In this document: one piece after another, positions 55,984-64,000 of the stretch
Layout: the number at the start of each line of letters is the position of its first letter
Numbering within the stretch: position 1 is the first letter of the stretch
Source of the DNA: a virus
Length of the DNA stretch: 64,000 bases
Strand: one strand, 5' to 3'
Virus record (IMG/VR): IMGVR_UViG_3300043399_000524
Span: 64,001 to 128,000 of that record
Made by a program: the position numbers and the translations under genes
The notes under the pieces: generated by a model
What the model was told of the DNA's origin: nothing
Seen by the model: only the letters and a program-made list of their open reading frames with translations
Databases searched by the model: none

Positions 55984-57564
55984 ATGTCTATGATTGTTAT
56001 TATGCCGGGCGGCTTTCATCCCTTTCACGCAGGTCATTATGCGTTGTACCAATCTGCATTAAAAGCCTTTCCTGGTGCAGAAGTTTATGTGGCCGCAACC
56101 AATGATATGAGCGAAAGACCTTTCCCCTTCGCACTAAAAGAGAAACTAGCAAAGCTAGCAGGTGTTAAGCCGGGACATTTTGTACAAGTTAAAAGTCCAT
56201 TCAAAGCGGAAGAAATTACAAAGAACTACGATCCAGAAAAAGATATATTAATATTTGTTCGAAGTGAAAAAGACAAAGACGAGAGTCCCAAACCAGGCGG
56301 CATTAAGAAAGATGGCACTCCTGCTTATTTCCAACCATGGACAGGAAAAGATGCTCAGCCATTTGCTAAACATGCATATTTTGCATATCTACCAACTGTT
56401 GAGTTTGGTCCTGGAATCACAAGTGCTACACAGATTCGTAAAGCATGGCCTACACTAAATGACAGACGCAAGACCGCACTTGTTATGAGTTTGTATCCTG
56501 GAGCACAAAAGAATCCTAAACTAGCACAAAATGTGGTTGGTATGTTTGACCAAGTTATGGGTGGACAAGTAAGTGAAGGTGTAGCAGAGAATAAAGAAAA
56601 TAAATGTCCACCTGCTACACAAGATATTACATTAAATCTTAAAAATCGTCAAAAAGCAATTGATGAATATGGTTATGGTCCATTAAATCCTGACTTACCT
56701 AACACTAAGTTTTGGATGAAAAAAGTAGACGAGTGGAATCTAGATTCTGTAGAAGAAGCCAAACAAAGTTTGTGTGGTAATTGTGCAGCGTTTGATATAC
56801 GTCAAGATACATTAGATTGTATTGCTAAAGGTATAGATAGCGATAATCCCAGTGATGCTGAAGTTACAATTGATGCAGGTGAATTAGGTTATTGTAAGTT
56901 TTTAAAATTCAAATGTGCTAGTCGCAGAACGTGTGACGCATGGGTAACCGGTGGACCACTTATAGACAAGAAAGACGTAACAGAGAGTACAGATAAAAAA
57001 GAAGCAACTCGCAGAATACAAAAAATGTTAAATGATAAGTTTGGTGCTAATTTAGATATCGACGGTATCTTAGGACCACTTACATTACAATCAATAAACA
57101 AATTTATGCCAAATGCCAAAGTAGGGCCTGCTGATGAACCTAATAAAACTACTGCTGTGCAAGGTAAAAAATATAAAGATGTATCAGAAGATAAAAGTGA
57201 CGCAATTGCTAGAACAGTAAAAGACTTAACCAACCCACCCAAAGTCATGCAACATCGCAGCAAGCGTGATATGGAACGAGAAAAAGAATTACAATACAGA
57301 AACATTTCTAAAAGAACCAATGAAGGATTTGGTCCTGGATATCCTGAGACATACGAACAAGAAAACAAACCCTTCAAACACAAAGGTGGTTACCGTATCA
57401 CTGATATAACAAGTGAAGATGTTAACGAAGAACATGTTTATCGTGGTAATGCACCCGGTGAAGCAGTTAGAACTGCCAAACCCAAACGCATGCCTAGTCA
57501 AGTTGAATTAAATAGAAAAAAGGGTATATTGCCTGAAAGTATCGATTACATAGACGAGATATAA
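55984..57564 (+). CDS. HIGH-motif (cytidylyltransferase-like) domain fused to a chain of short modules
   Basis: IMPGGFHPFHAGH, ERPF, SATQIR; then Cys-rich CPPAT...CGNC...YC...C..W and PG-binding-like DGILGPLT modules. Confidence 0.75.
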   Translation: MSMIVIMPGGFHPFHAGHYALYQSALKAFPGAEVYVAATNDMSERPFPFALKEKLAKLAGVKPGHFVQVKSPFKAEEITKNYDPEKDILIFVRSEKDKDESPKPGGIKKDGTPAYFQPWTGKDAQPFAKHAYFAYLPTVEFGPGITSATQIRKAWPTLNDRRKTALVMSLYPGAQKNPKLAQNVVGMFDQVMGGQVSEGVAENKENKCPPATQDITLNLKNRQKAIDEYGYGPLNPDLPNTKFWMKKVDEWNLDSVEEAKQSLCGNCAAFDIRQDTLDCIAKGIDSDNPSDAEVTIDAGELGYCKFLKFKCASRRTCDAWVTGGPLIDKKDVTESTDKKEATRRIQKMLNDKFGANLDIDGILGPLTLQSINKFMPNAKVGPADEPNKTTAVQGKKYKDVSEDKSDAIARTVKDLTNPPKVMQHRSKRDMEREKELQYRNISKRTNEGFGPGYPETYEQENKPFKHKGGYRITDITSEDVNEEHVYRGNAPGEAVRTAKPKRMPSQVELNRKKGILPESIDYIDEI

Positions 57565-57620
57565 AATTTTTCGACACCCCTATTGCCATGTAAATAATCT
57601 TATCTTATTAAGAGGAATTT

Positions 57621-58607
57621 ATGGCAACAAAGAAAAACGCATCAGAAACGGCAGCTAAGAAAACATCAAGTGCTGCTCCCAAAACTACAGCACCTAAGAC
57701 TAAGAAGGCATCAAAAACTAAGGCGGCCGCCAAACAAGTAGCGGCTCAAGCTGTACCGGAAACTGCCAGCGTACAAACCAGTGAAAACAAAGAACAACTA
57801 CAACAAGGTCAAGTTCAAGTCAATGTAGACTATCTACGTACTACCAGAGTACATATCGCAATGCCATGTTATGGTGGTATGCTAACCGAATCTACATTCA
57901 TGTCTTTCATTAAGTGGGCAAATACAGCCCGTCAGCTTGGTATTGATTGGACACTAGAAACTATGGTCAACGAAAGTCTTATCAGTCGGGCCCGTAACAC
58001 ATTAACTGCTAAGTTCTTAGACATGCCCGAAGCAACACACTTATTCTTTGTTGATGCAGACATTGGTTGGGAACCATGGCATTTATTGGTTTTATTGAAT
58101 CATGATGTTGATGTTATCGGTGGTTTATATCCAATGAAGACCATGCCCATTAAATGGGTTGTTAACGGATTTGAGGGAGCGGAAGAAGGGCCAGATGGTC
58201 TACAAGAAGTAAGTAAAGCAGGCACAGGTTTCTTGTTGATGAAGAAACATGTATTCGAAAAACTAAAATCGCACCCTGCAGTCAAGCAGTACAAGAACGA
58301 TATCGGTCTAGATCCTAAGTACGACCAACATTTAAAGACTTACTTTGATACCGCGGTTCGTCAAAATCGTTATTACAGTGAAGACTGGACGTTCTGTGAA
58401 AACTGGCGTGATCTAGGTGGTAAGGTTTATGTTGACAAACGTGTCTTACTACGACACAGCGGTGCATATGTATTCTGTATGGAAAATCAACAACATTTGT
58501 TGAATACTATAGGACCAATGTATCTGGAAGAACAAAAGAAAAAAGCAATAGAGCAACAAAAAATAGCTACTGATAATAACGGGAACGTTACTTTACAGAC
58601 TACTTAA
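57621..58607 (+). CDS. GT-A-fold glycosyltransferase-like protein with Lys/Ala-rich N-terminal tail
   Basis: HIAMPCYGG, ESLISRARN, LFFVDADIGW (DxD), GTGFLL, SEDWTFC. Confidence 0.8.
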   Translation: MATKKNASETAAKKTSSAAPKTTAPKTKKASKTKAAAKQVAAQAVPETASVQTSENKEQLQQGQVQVNVDYLRTTRVHIAMPCYGGMLTESTFMSFIKWANTARQLGIDWTLETMVNESLISRARNTLTAKFLDMPEATHLFFVDADIGWEPWHLLVLLNHDVDVIGGLYPMKTMPIKWVVNGFEGAEEGPDGLQEVSKAGTGFLLMKKHVFEKLKSHPAVKQYKNDIGLDPKYDQHLKTYFDTAVRQNRYYSEDWTFCENWRDLGGKVYVDKRVLLRHSGAYVFCMENQQHLLNTIGPMYLEEQKKKAIEQQKIATDNNGNVTLQTT

Positions 58608-58610
58608 AAT

Positions 58611-58631
58611 AGCCCCGAAAGGGGCTTTTTT
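58611..58631 (+). terminator. Rho-independent terminator
   Basis: AGCCCC-gaaa-GGGGCT followed by TTTTT. Confidence 0.9.
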
Positions 58632-58690
58632 GTGGCTATACATTAGAGTAGTTCTCTTAATATTCGATAAATATATAAAGAGGATTCAGC

Positions 58691-59419
58691 ATGGCAAACA
58701 ATCAAATAGAATATCCAATATCTGGAGCATATGACGGGAACATAATAACTACACCAGCTTTTATACCAGAGCCGCCGCCTCCTATAGATACAACTCCTAC
58801 TATAGTTAAACCATTGGGTGTTGGGTCAGAATCTGAAACAAATATTATTCCTAAAAATATTAATTCAATGAGAAATCCAACAGGATTTGGTATTGTTTCG
58901 GTTACTGGTCAGGATTCCTTAATTGCTAATTCTTATATGGATCAGTTAAATATTGTGTCCGGTAACAATATCAATATAACAACTGATGCAGCTACAACTT
59001 CCGTAACAATATCAGCAGAAACACTCAATGCAATTACTGATGTACTTCCCGGTACTGGAATCGGTGTAACTGGAAACAGCACTTCAGTTATAGTTACAAA
59101 TACATTTACTGAAATAGTATATTCAGGAGGAAATGCAATTGGCACACTCACCCCTAATAGAAACAACGGTACCGTTCAAAAATTTACATTAACAGGAAAT
59201 ATCGTATTAGCTCCTCCTACCAATATGTTAGCCGGCCAAAGTTTGACATTAATACTTACTCAAGATTCTGTAGGAAACAGAATACTAGACGCAAATACTG
59301 CTTACTTGTTCGCTAGTGGATTTCAAACTTTGAGTACAGCATCAGGTGCAATTGATATGATAAACATTTTTACTGATGGCACAACATATTATGGTACGTT
59401 AACAGTGGGGTATTCATAA
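58691..59419 (+). CDS. Probable virion/tail accessory protein
   Basis: Late promoter 58668; DVLPGTGIGV repeat; C-terminal QKFTLTGN...SLTLILTQD..G.R. Confidence 0.6.
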   Translation: MANNQIEYPISGAYDGNIITTPAFIPEPPPPIDTTPTIVKPLGVGSESETNIIPKNINSMRNPTGFGIVSVTGQDSLIANSYMDQLNIVSGNNINITTDAATTSVTISAETLNAITDVLPGTGIGVTGNSTSVIVTNTFTEIVYSGGNAIGTLTPNRNNGTVQKFTLTGNIVLAPPTNMLAGQSLTLILTQDSVGNRILDANTAYLFASGFQTLSTASGAIDMINIFTDGTTYYGTLTVGYS

Positions 59420-60096
59420 TGCCTATAGGAGCCTCTCGATTAGGATTTTGGTTTGTACCTTCAAGTCCGCCGGATCCAGAAGATCCAGTAGAACAGTTCA
59501 CAAATTTAGGTTTCGAAGAAGGAATATCTGGCTGGACGGTAGCTGCAACTAGGATTAGATTTAATGGTTTAAGCCTGTTAGCCGGGTTTCCTACTCCTAC
59601 AGATCCAGATCCCCAAGGGGCCGGCGCCGGAGATGCTATCGTTGTAAACACAATGCCAACTTTTAGGTACCTTCTAAACACAGTTGACAAACCTCCATTA
59701 GGACAGGTGCAAAGTATGCATTTGATTATGGGTGATCCGCAAGAAGGTCAAGTAAATGCGTTCGGCGCCCTATACGGTCCAGCAATTTACAGTAATTTTT
59801 ATGTCAATTTCAATGCCGGCGATCAAGTGGCGTTTGATTGGAGAGCAAGACCATTGAGTGATGCTTATACTGTTTTTGCTTATATGATCGAAAAAGATAC
59901 GGGTAATGTTATCAATCTATTAAGATCATGGGGTCAAAGTTCTAGCTCAGGAACTTCGTGGACTACGACAACAGTAAATGTAACTACAACCGGAGCATAC
60001 AAGTTTGTATTTGTAGCAGGTAGTTGGGACAGAACGGGCGGTACTATTATCGGCGGTGAAATGTTAATCGATAATATCAGAAGGATACAACCTTAA
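59419..60096 (+). CDS. Probable virion protein (beta-sandwich, lectin-like)
   Basis: NLGFEEGISGW; aromatic-rich beta strands. Confidence 0.55.
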   Translation: MPIGASRLGFWFVPSSPPDPEDPVEQFTNLGFEEGISGWTVAATRIRFNGLSLLAGFPTPTDPDPQGAGAGDAIVVNTMPTFRYLLNTVDKPPLGQVQSMHLIMGDPQEGQVNAFGALYGPAIYSNFYVNFNAGDQVAFDWRARPLSDAYTVFAYMIEKDTGNVINLLRSWGQSSSSGTSWTTTTVNVTTTGAYKFVFVAGSWDRTGGTIIGGEMLIDNIRRIQP

Positions 60097-60110
60097 TAAA
60101 TATTTAAACT

Positions 60111-62267
60111 ATGAATTTAAAAGAACTAGACTCCTTCAAAATTTCTGATGCTATTACTTTCCACGATAAGTTAAATCCTAAACTGTGGGCAGGTAATAAG
60201 TTGCGCCCTGAAGTTAAAAATCAACTAGAATCTATCGCAGAAGATTTTTTACAAGAAATGGGAATACATGATTTAGACGTTAGAGATATTACTATTTCTG
60301 GTTCTAATGCAGCATACAGTTATAATAAACACAGTGATATTGACTTACATATTTTAGTCAACATGAATGATTTACCAAACAGTGACATTTATAAAGAGTT
60401 GTTTAATGCCAAGAAAACAATATACAATGATTCACATGACATTACTATTCACGGTATTCCTGTAGAATTATATGTGGAAAATGCAGCAGAACCTGCAGTT
60501 ACCTTAGGTGAGTACAGTATCAAAAATGACAAATGGTTACGAATTCCCACAAAACGCAGGGCAAATTTTGACCAAAAATCTACCAAGTTAAAATATGAGA
60601 AACTACTTGATATTGTTAAACGAGCATTAAAGTCTAAAGACTTAGATAAAATTCAAAAAGTTTTAAAGAAAATTAAACAATATAGACAAGCGGGATTAGA
60701 TAAAGGCGGAGAGTTTGGTCCCGAAAATCTAGCATTCAAAGCATTGCGTAGTCAGGGCTGGATCACTAAATTATATGAATTACGTGATAAATTGCATAGC
60801 GAAAAGTTAAGCATTGAAAGCATGTATGCCAGCGAAGATTACAATCCAAATGGTCCACCACCTGGTCCTGAATTCAAACCAACTATGCCTAAGGGCACAG
60901 TCAAGGTAGACGTTAGTGACGTATATGATTGGTATAAACTAGGTCAACACATTAGCAATATGAAGGGCTTAGGGCAACATGACTTTGGTCAAGGACCACC
61001 TAGTACTATATTATCTTTTGGTGATGAAGATACTGAACATCAATACATACAAGATTTAGAAAAAACAGGATTGACAACTACTGATGTTGACCCGCCCGCA
61101 CATGATAAAATAAAAGGTCAAAAAACTGATCCAAGATTTAATGTCGAAGAAGCTAAAGTTCCTAATATTCGCCAACAAATAATTGATACTGTCAAAAAGT
61201 ATGGTGGCGATATAAATGACTATTTTGTGCGATTCACAGATACCGATAAATTAGGATTCAGCGCAAAACAAGGGTTTGGTAAAACTCCAGATGTTGACAA
61301 TCCTAAATTTGATGTAGACTATATTGGTCAAGGTGAGGGTCGCAGAGCATTATGGTTTTATCCACTAAGTTATTATCTCAAGGACAAACGAGGTGTTTAT
61401 GCCAGCGATAATCCATATATTTGGTTAGTAAAATTAAAACCCAATGCATGGATGCAAACCGTTAAGCGTGGCGATAATAAAGTACAGCAAGCCCCTAAAG
61501 GTAAAGAGCGTGTGGGCATGTTAAGAATGAGTGATCCTCCCGCAGCTATCTTTTTTACATATGGATTTGACGTAGTTGGCCGCTATTATGACTATGCAGG
61601 GCAACATAAAAGACACGGTGAAGTAAAAGGTCGTCCAGATCCTAGTTTCTTTGATAAAATCAGGGGTATTGACGAGGATTTTACAGGTCAGTACGCTAGT
61701 GAAAAAACACCAGTTATAAGTCCATATGCAGGTGTTAAAGATAATCAATATCGTGGTGCAATATCAGAAAACTCAACATCAACGTTTGTCTATCATGTCA
61801 CTCCCACAAAGAATATAAAGTCAATAGCAAAGCAAGGTCTTACTCCGACAGTGGGTGATAGGGCAAGTCAAATTGCAGGTGAAAAATCTGGAATCTATGT
61901 ATTCCCTGACAAAGTAAGCGCAGAAGATGCGGTTATGAATTGGTTAGGAGATGAATTCGATGACGAACCATTAACGATGCTAAAGATTGATATTTCTGGT
62001 TTAGAAAACAACATCACTAAAGGTGCTGACTATGAATTGATAGTTGGTACTACAATTGAACCTAAACGAATCAAAAAAGTCAATATTCAATTAGAAGAAG
62101 CATCAGGTTATATACCCTCAGAAAAAGAAAAAAACGATCCTCGTTTTAAGACAGCATTAACAGTAGATATTAAGCCCTACACTATGAAGAAGGACGCTAA
62201 AAAGTTCGGAAACACAATAAGTCGTGCAGGTATACCCCCAACTCTCAAACCCTCAGGCAAATTCTGA
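60111..62267 (+). CDS. Modular protein: Pol-beta-family nucleotidyltransferase + unknown modules + ADP-ribosyltransferase-fold (Tpt1/KptA-like) domain
   Basis: ITISGSNAAYSY...SDIDLH...PVELY; late module YHVTPTKNIKSIAKQGLTP...GIYVF...LKID...E...IEPKRI. Confidence 0.75.
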   Translation: MNLKELDSFKISDAITFHDKLNPKLWAGNKLRPEVKNQLESIAEDFLQEMGIHDLDVRDITISGSNAAYSYNKHSDIDLHILVNMNDLPNSDIYKELFNAKKTIYNDSHDITIHGIPVELYVENAAEPAVTLGEYSIKNDKWLRIPTKRRANFDQKSTKLKYEKLLDIVKRALKSKDLDKIQKVLKKIKQYRQAGLDKGGEFGPENLAFKALRSQGWITKLYELRDKLHSEKLSIESMYASEDYNPNGPPPGPEFKPTMPKGTVKVDVSDVYDWYKLGQHISNMKGLGQHDFGQGPPSTILSFGDEDTEHQYIQDLEKTGLTTTDVDPPAHDKIKGQKTDPRFNVEEAKVPNIRQQIIDTVKKYGGDINDYFVRFTDTDKLGFSAKQGFGKTPDVDNPKFDVDYIGQGEGRRALWFYPLSYYLKDKRGVYASDNPYIWLVKLKPNAWMQTVKRGDNKVQQAPKGKERVGMLRMSDPPAAIFFTYGFDVVGRYYDYAGQHKRHGEVKGRPDPSFFDKIRGIDEDFTGQYASEKTPVISPYAGVKDNQYRGAISENSTSTFVYHVTPTKNIKSIAKQGLTPTVGDRASQIAGEKSGIYVFPDKVSAEDAVMNWLGDEFDDEPLTMLKIDISGLENNITKGADYELIVGTTIEPKRIKKVNIQLEEASGYIPSEKEKNDPRFKTALTVDIKPYTMKKDAKKFGNTISRAGIPPTLKPSGKF

Positions 62268-62312
62268 TTAAACGGTATTTTGATAAATACTATATAAATT
62301 CGGAATTTAGCT

Positions 62313-63101
62313 ATGAAAATCAATCAAATCATCAGTGAAACTACAACAGCGGGAGCAGTCGCACCCGTAAGTCAAAGTTTTGTTAAAATGTCAAGTCGCA
62401 ATCCTGTCGTAAGCAGCAAAAAGGGTAATAATCTGTTGACTGGAAAAGTGACTAATAAAAAGTACGCAAACAGCGTTAACGAAAGCAAAATGAAAGACCT
62501 TGTAATGGATCTAAAGTCAGGTCCAGATGGTTTGACAGATGAAGAATTCAAAAAGAAATATAACAAGAGTAAAGCTGAAATGCGTAAAGCAATGCGTGAT
62601 TCTGACAAAGAAATGAAGCAACAAAAGCCAGAACCAGTCAGTGAAGCAGATTTACACGAAGAAGATAAAATTATTGCTGTTGGTAAAGGTAACAAACTAA
62701 AGCCCGGGTTATTAGATAAGCCAATAAATTCAATGAACCCTACTGATACTGTCAAAGTTGATGTTCCATTTTTAATCAGACTATTAGAATTCGCAAGAGA
62801 AGATGCTAGTTCTGATATGGATCTACATGACCTAGCAGAAAAGTTAGTTGACAGAGGTCGTCGTGGTAAGACATTAACCATGAAAGACTATGAGTATGTT
62901 GTTGACAAACCCCAAGTTGACGAGAAAGCTGTCAGCAAAGCACAGCAAAGATTCATGGGCATGGTTCATGCTGTTCAAAAAGGCGAAATGAAGGCTCCTA
63001 GCAAAGAAGTAAGCAAAGTAGCTAAAGGCATGAGTAAGAAAGCAGGACATGACTATGCTGCAACTAAGCACAAGGGTCTACCAGAAAAGGTCAAAAAATG
63101 A
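62313..63101 (+). CDS. Modular charged protein, probable internal head polyprotein
   Basis: MKINQIISE|T; modules including VDVPFLIRLLEFARED and KAVSKAQQRFMGMVHA (DUF3008-like). Confidence 0.65.
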   Translation: MKINQIISETTTAGAVAPVSQSFVKMSSRNPVVSSKKGNNLLTGKVTNKKYANSVNESKMKDLVMDLKSGPDGLTDEEFKKKYNKSKAEMRKAMRDSDKEMKQQKPEPVSEADLHEEDKIIAVGKGNKLKPGLLDKPINSMNPTDTVKVDVPFLIRLLEFAREDASSDMDLHDLAEKLVDRGRRGKTLTMKDYEYVVDKPQVDEKAVSKAQQRFMGMVHAVQKGEMKAPSKEVSKVAKGMSKKAGHDYAATKHKGLPEKVKK

Positions 63102-64000
63102 GCAACATTTTCAAAGGACTAAACGAAGCTATTGATATCGGCAGTATGCAAGCCGAGTATAGAACTCGCAAGGCAGAGATTGAAAAGAATGCTGAACAAT
63201 ACTCTAAAAAGTATAGCATTCCTACTGACGACCAATATTTTGCTCAGAAAGTTATGCAAGCGCAGGATCGTGAAAAAGATCAAGCTAGATTAGCACAGCA
63301 AAAGCAACAATCGGCTGCTGCACAACAACAAAGTGTTGCTGGTGATAAACAAAATATTGAAGCACTAAAGCAACAATTGCAAAAGTTAAAGGGTCAACTT
63401 GATCCCAACTATCAACAAAGTGACGATTACACATTCGTTAGTCAACAACAAAGAATTGCAAATGCTATTCAAGGTTTAGAAAAGCGTATCAGTGCTGCCA
63501 ATGTATCAGAAGAAACAATACATGTAGGTCACCGTAACTCAAAAGGTGACTGGGTAAAAACCAGCACACATAGTAACTATGCTGATGCAGAAGCTGCAAT
63601 GAAAGAATTAGAGAAGGCTGGTAAGAAAGGTGTTCAACATCGTTATGACAACAAGGGCAATATTGATCCTGGTGCCATGATGACCGCAAGACCAGATTCT
63701 GGAATGTTAGAAGCAGAACAAGATTTAGGTCCTAAATATCAATCAGCAGTGGCAGCATTGAAACAAATGGCTAAACAAGGTCCGCGTAAAACTGTTTGGG
63801 ATCCTGTCAAGCGTGTGTACAAGACTGTTCCAGTTAATCCACCTAAGAAAGAAGAAGGTGTGTCGGAAGGATCATCTACAGGCAATTTACTCTCAAGATC
63901 GGGATTCAAAGAAATTAGAAAAATAAAACACGGTGCTGAGTATAGCAATGGGCGTCAAGCAGTTAGTATTCAAATTGATCCATCGGATCCCGATTGGATT
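63098..64000 (+). CDS. Partial modular protein running off the window (not in the ORF track)
   Basis: ATG 63098 MSNIFKGLNE|AID...; frame stays open to base 64000; VSE|E, MLE|A and VSE|G sites. Confidence 0.85.
   Translation, partial: MSNIFKGLNEAIDIGSMQAEYRTRKAEIEKNAEQYSKKYSIPTDDQYFAQKVMQAQDREKDQARLAQQKQQSAAAQQQSVAGDKQNIEALKQQLQKLKGQLDPNYQQSDDYTFVSQQQRIANAIQGLEKRISAANVSEETIHVGHRNSKGDWVKTSTHSNYADAEAAMKELEKAGKKGVQHRYDNKGNIDPGAMMTARPDSGMLEAEQDLGPKYQSAVAALKQMAKQGPRKTVWDPVKRVYKTVPVNPPKKEEGVSEGSSTGNLLSRSGFKEIRKIKHGAEYSNGRQAVSIQIDPSDPDWI

Larger units (their letters stand above)
2470..62289. promoter_or_regulatory. T4-like late promoter motif (G/C/A)(A)TAAATA upstream of more than 25 genes
   Basis: TAAATA at + 2505, 5771, 7201, 7730, 8693, 10812, 15457, 15784, 22036, 23986, 25892, 29582, 31489, 32315, 33611, 36612, 43316, 45138, 49819, 52398, 55405, 57591, 58668, 60097, 62284 and - 2470, 20745, 25836, 49707; resembles T4 TATAAATA. 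Confidence 0.85.

Noticed and set aside
894-63948. Many antisense or alternative-frame ORFs in the track (e.g. 11861-12604, 37162-39357, 56889-57383, 62372-62881)
   Set aside because: They shadow long sense genes with repetitive G/N/T or K/E codons, have low-complexity P/L/V translations, and lack promoters or SDs
1-64000. Stop-codon reassignment as seen in some jumbo phages
   Set aside because: Code-11 ORFs tile the window with small gaps and recognisable proteins are full length; TAA, TGA and TAG (7168-7170) all serve as stops
1-64000. tRNA or rRNA genes
   Set aside because: No intergenic gap contains a cloverleaf with T-loop GTTCRA and an acceptor stem; the structured leaders at 15798 and 32323 do not fit a tRNA
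1-64000. Phage-nucleus (chimallin/PhuZ) or multisubunit RNA polymerase system
   Set aside because: No tubulin or RNAP motifs were seen; the promoter types and neck/tail genes are T4-like

Overview
This 64 kb window comes from a large T4-related (jumbo-type) contractile-tailed phage genome. It is AT-rich, densely coding in genetic code 11 and mostly on the + strand. The host is probably a beta/gamma-proteobacterium, inferred from IscA, ClpA and YccA homologues and consensus sigma70 promoters. It encodes replication functions (primase, DnaB-type helicase, clamp loader, DEDDh and PD-(D/E)XK nucleases, dNMP kinase, MazG, Nudix), neck, sheath, tube and fibre proteins, a GH19 lysin, two free-standing homing-endonuclease-like genes and a proteostasis set (ClpA, DnaJ, GroES, YccA). 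The most notable signals are: (1) a miniature, intein-free family-C (DnaE) polymerase core split through its active site into two genes 43 kb apart; (2) a set of probable capsid-packaged polyproteins made of short modules joined by [LIVM]-x-E sites, carrying nucleotidyltransferase, HIGH-transferase and ADP-ribosyltransferase-fold domains; (3) a repeated translational-insulation pattern in which promoter-overlapping hairpins bury the ribosome-binding site in read-through RNA, while other genes are transcribed as leaderless mRNAs; and (4) structured 5' leaders and a recurring C-UUAG loop. All protein assignments come from motifs read by eye; no database searches were run.
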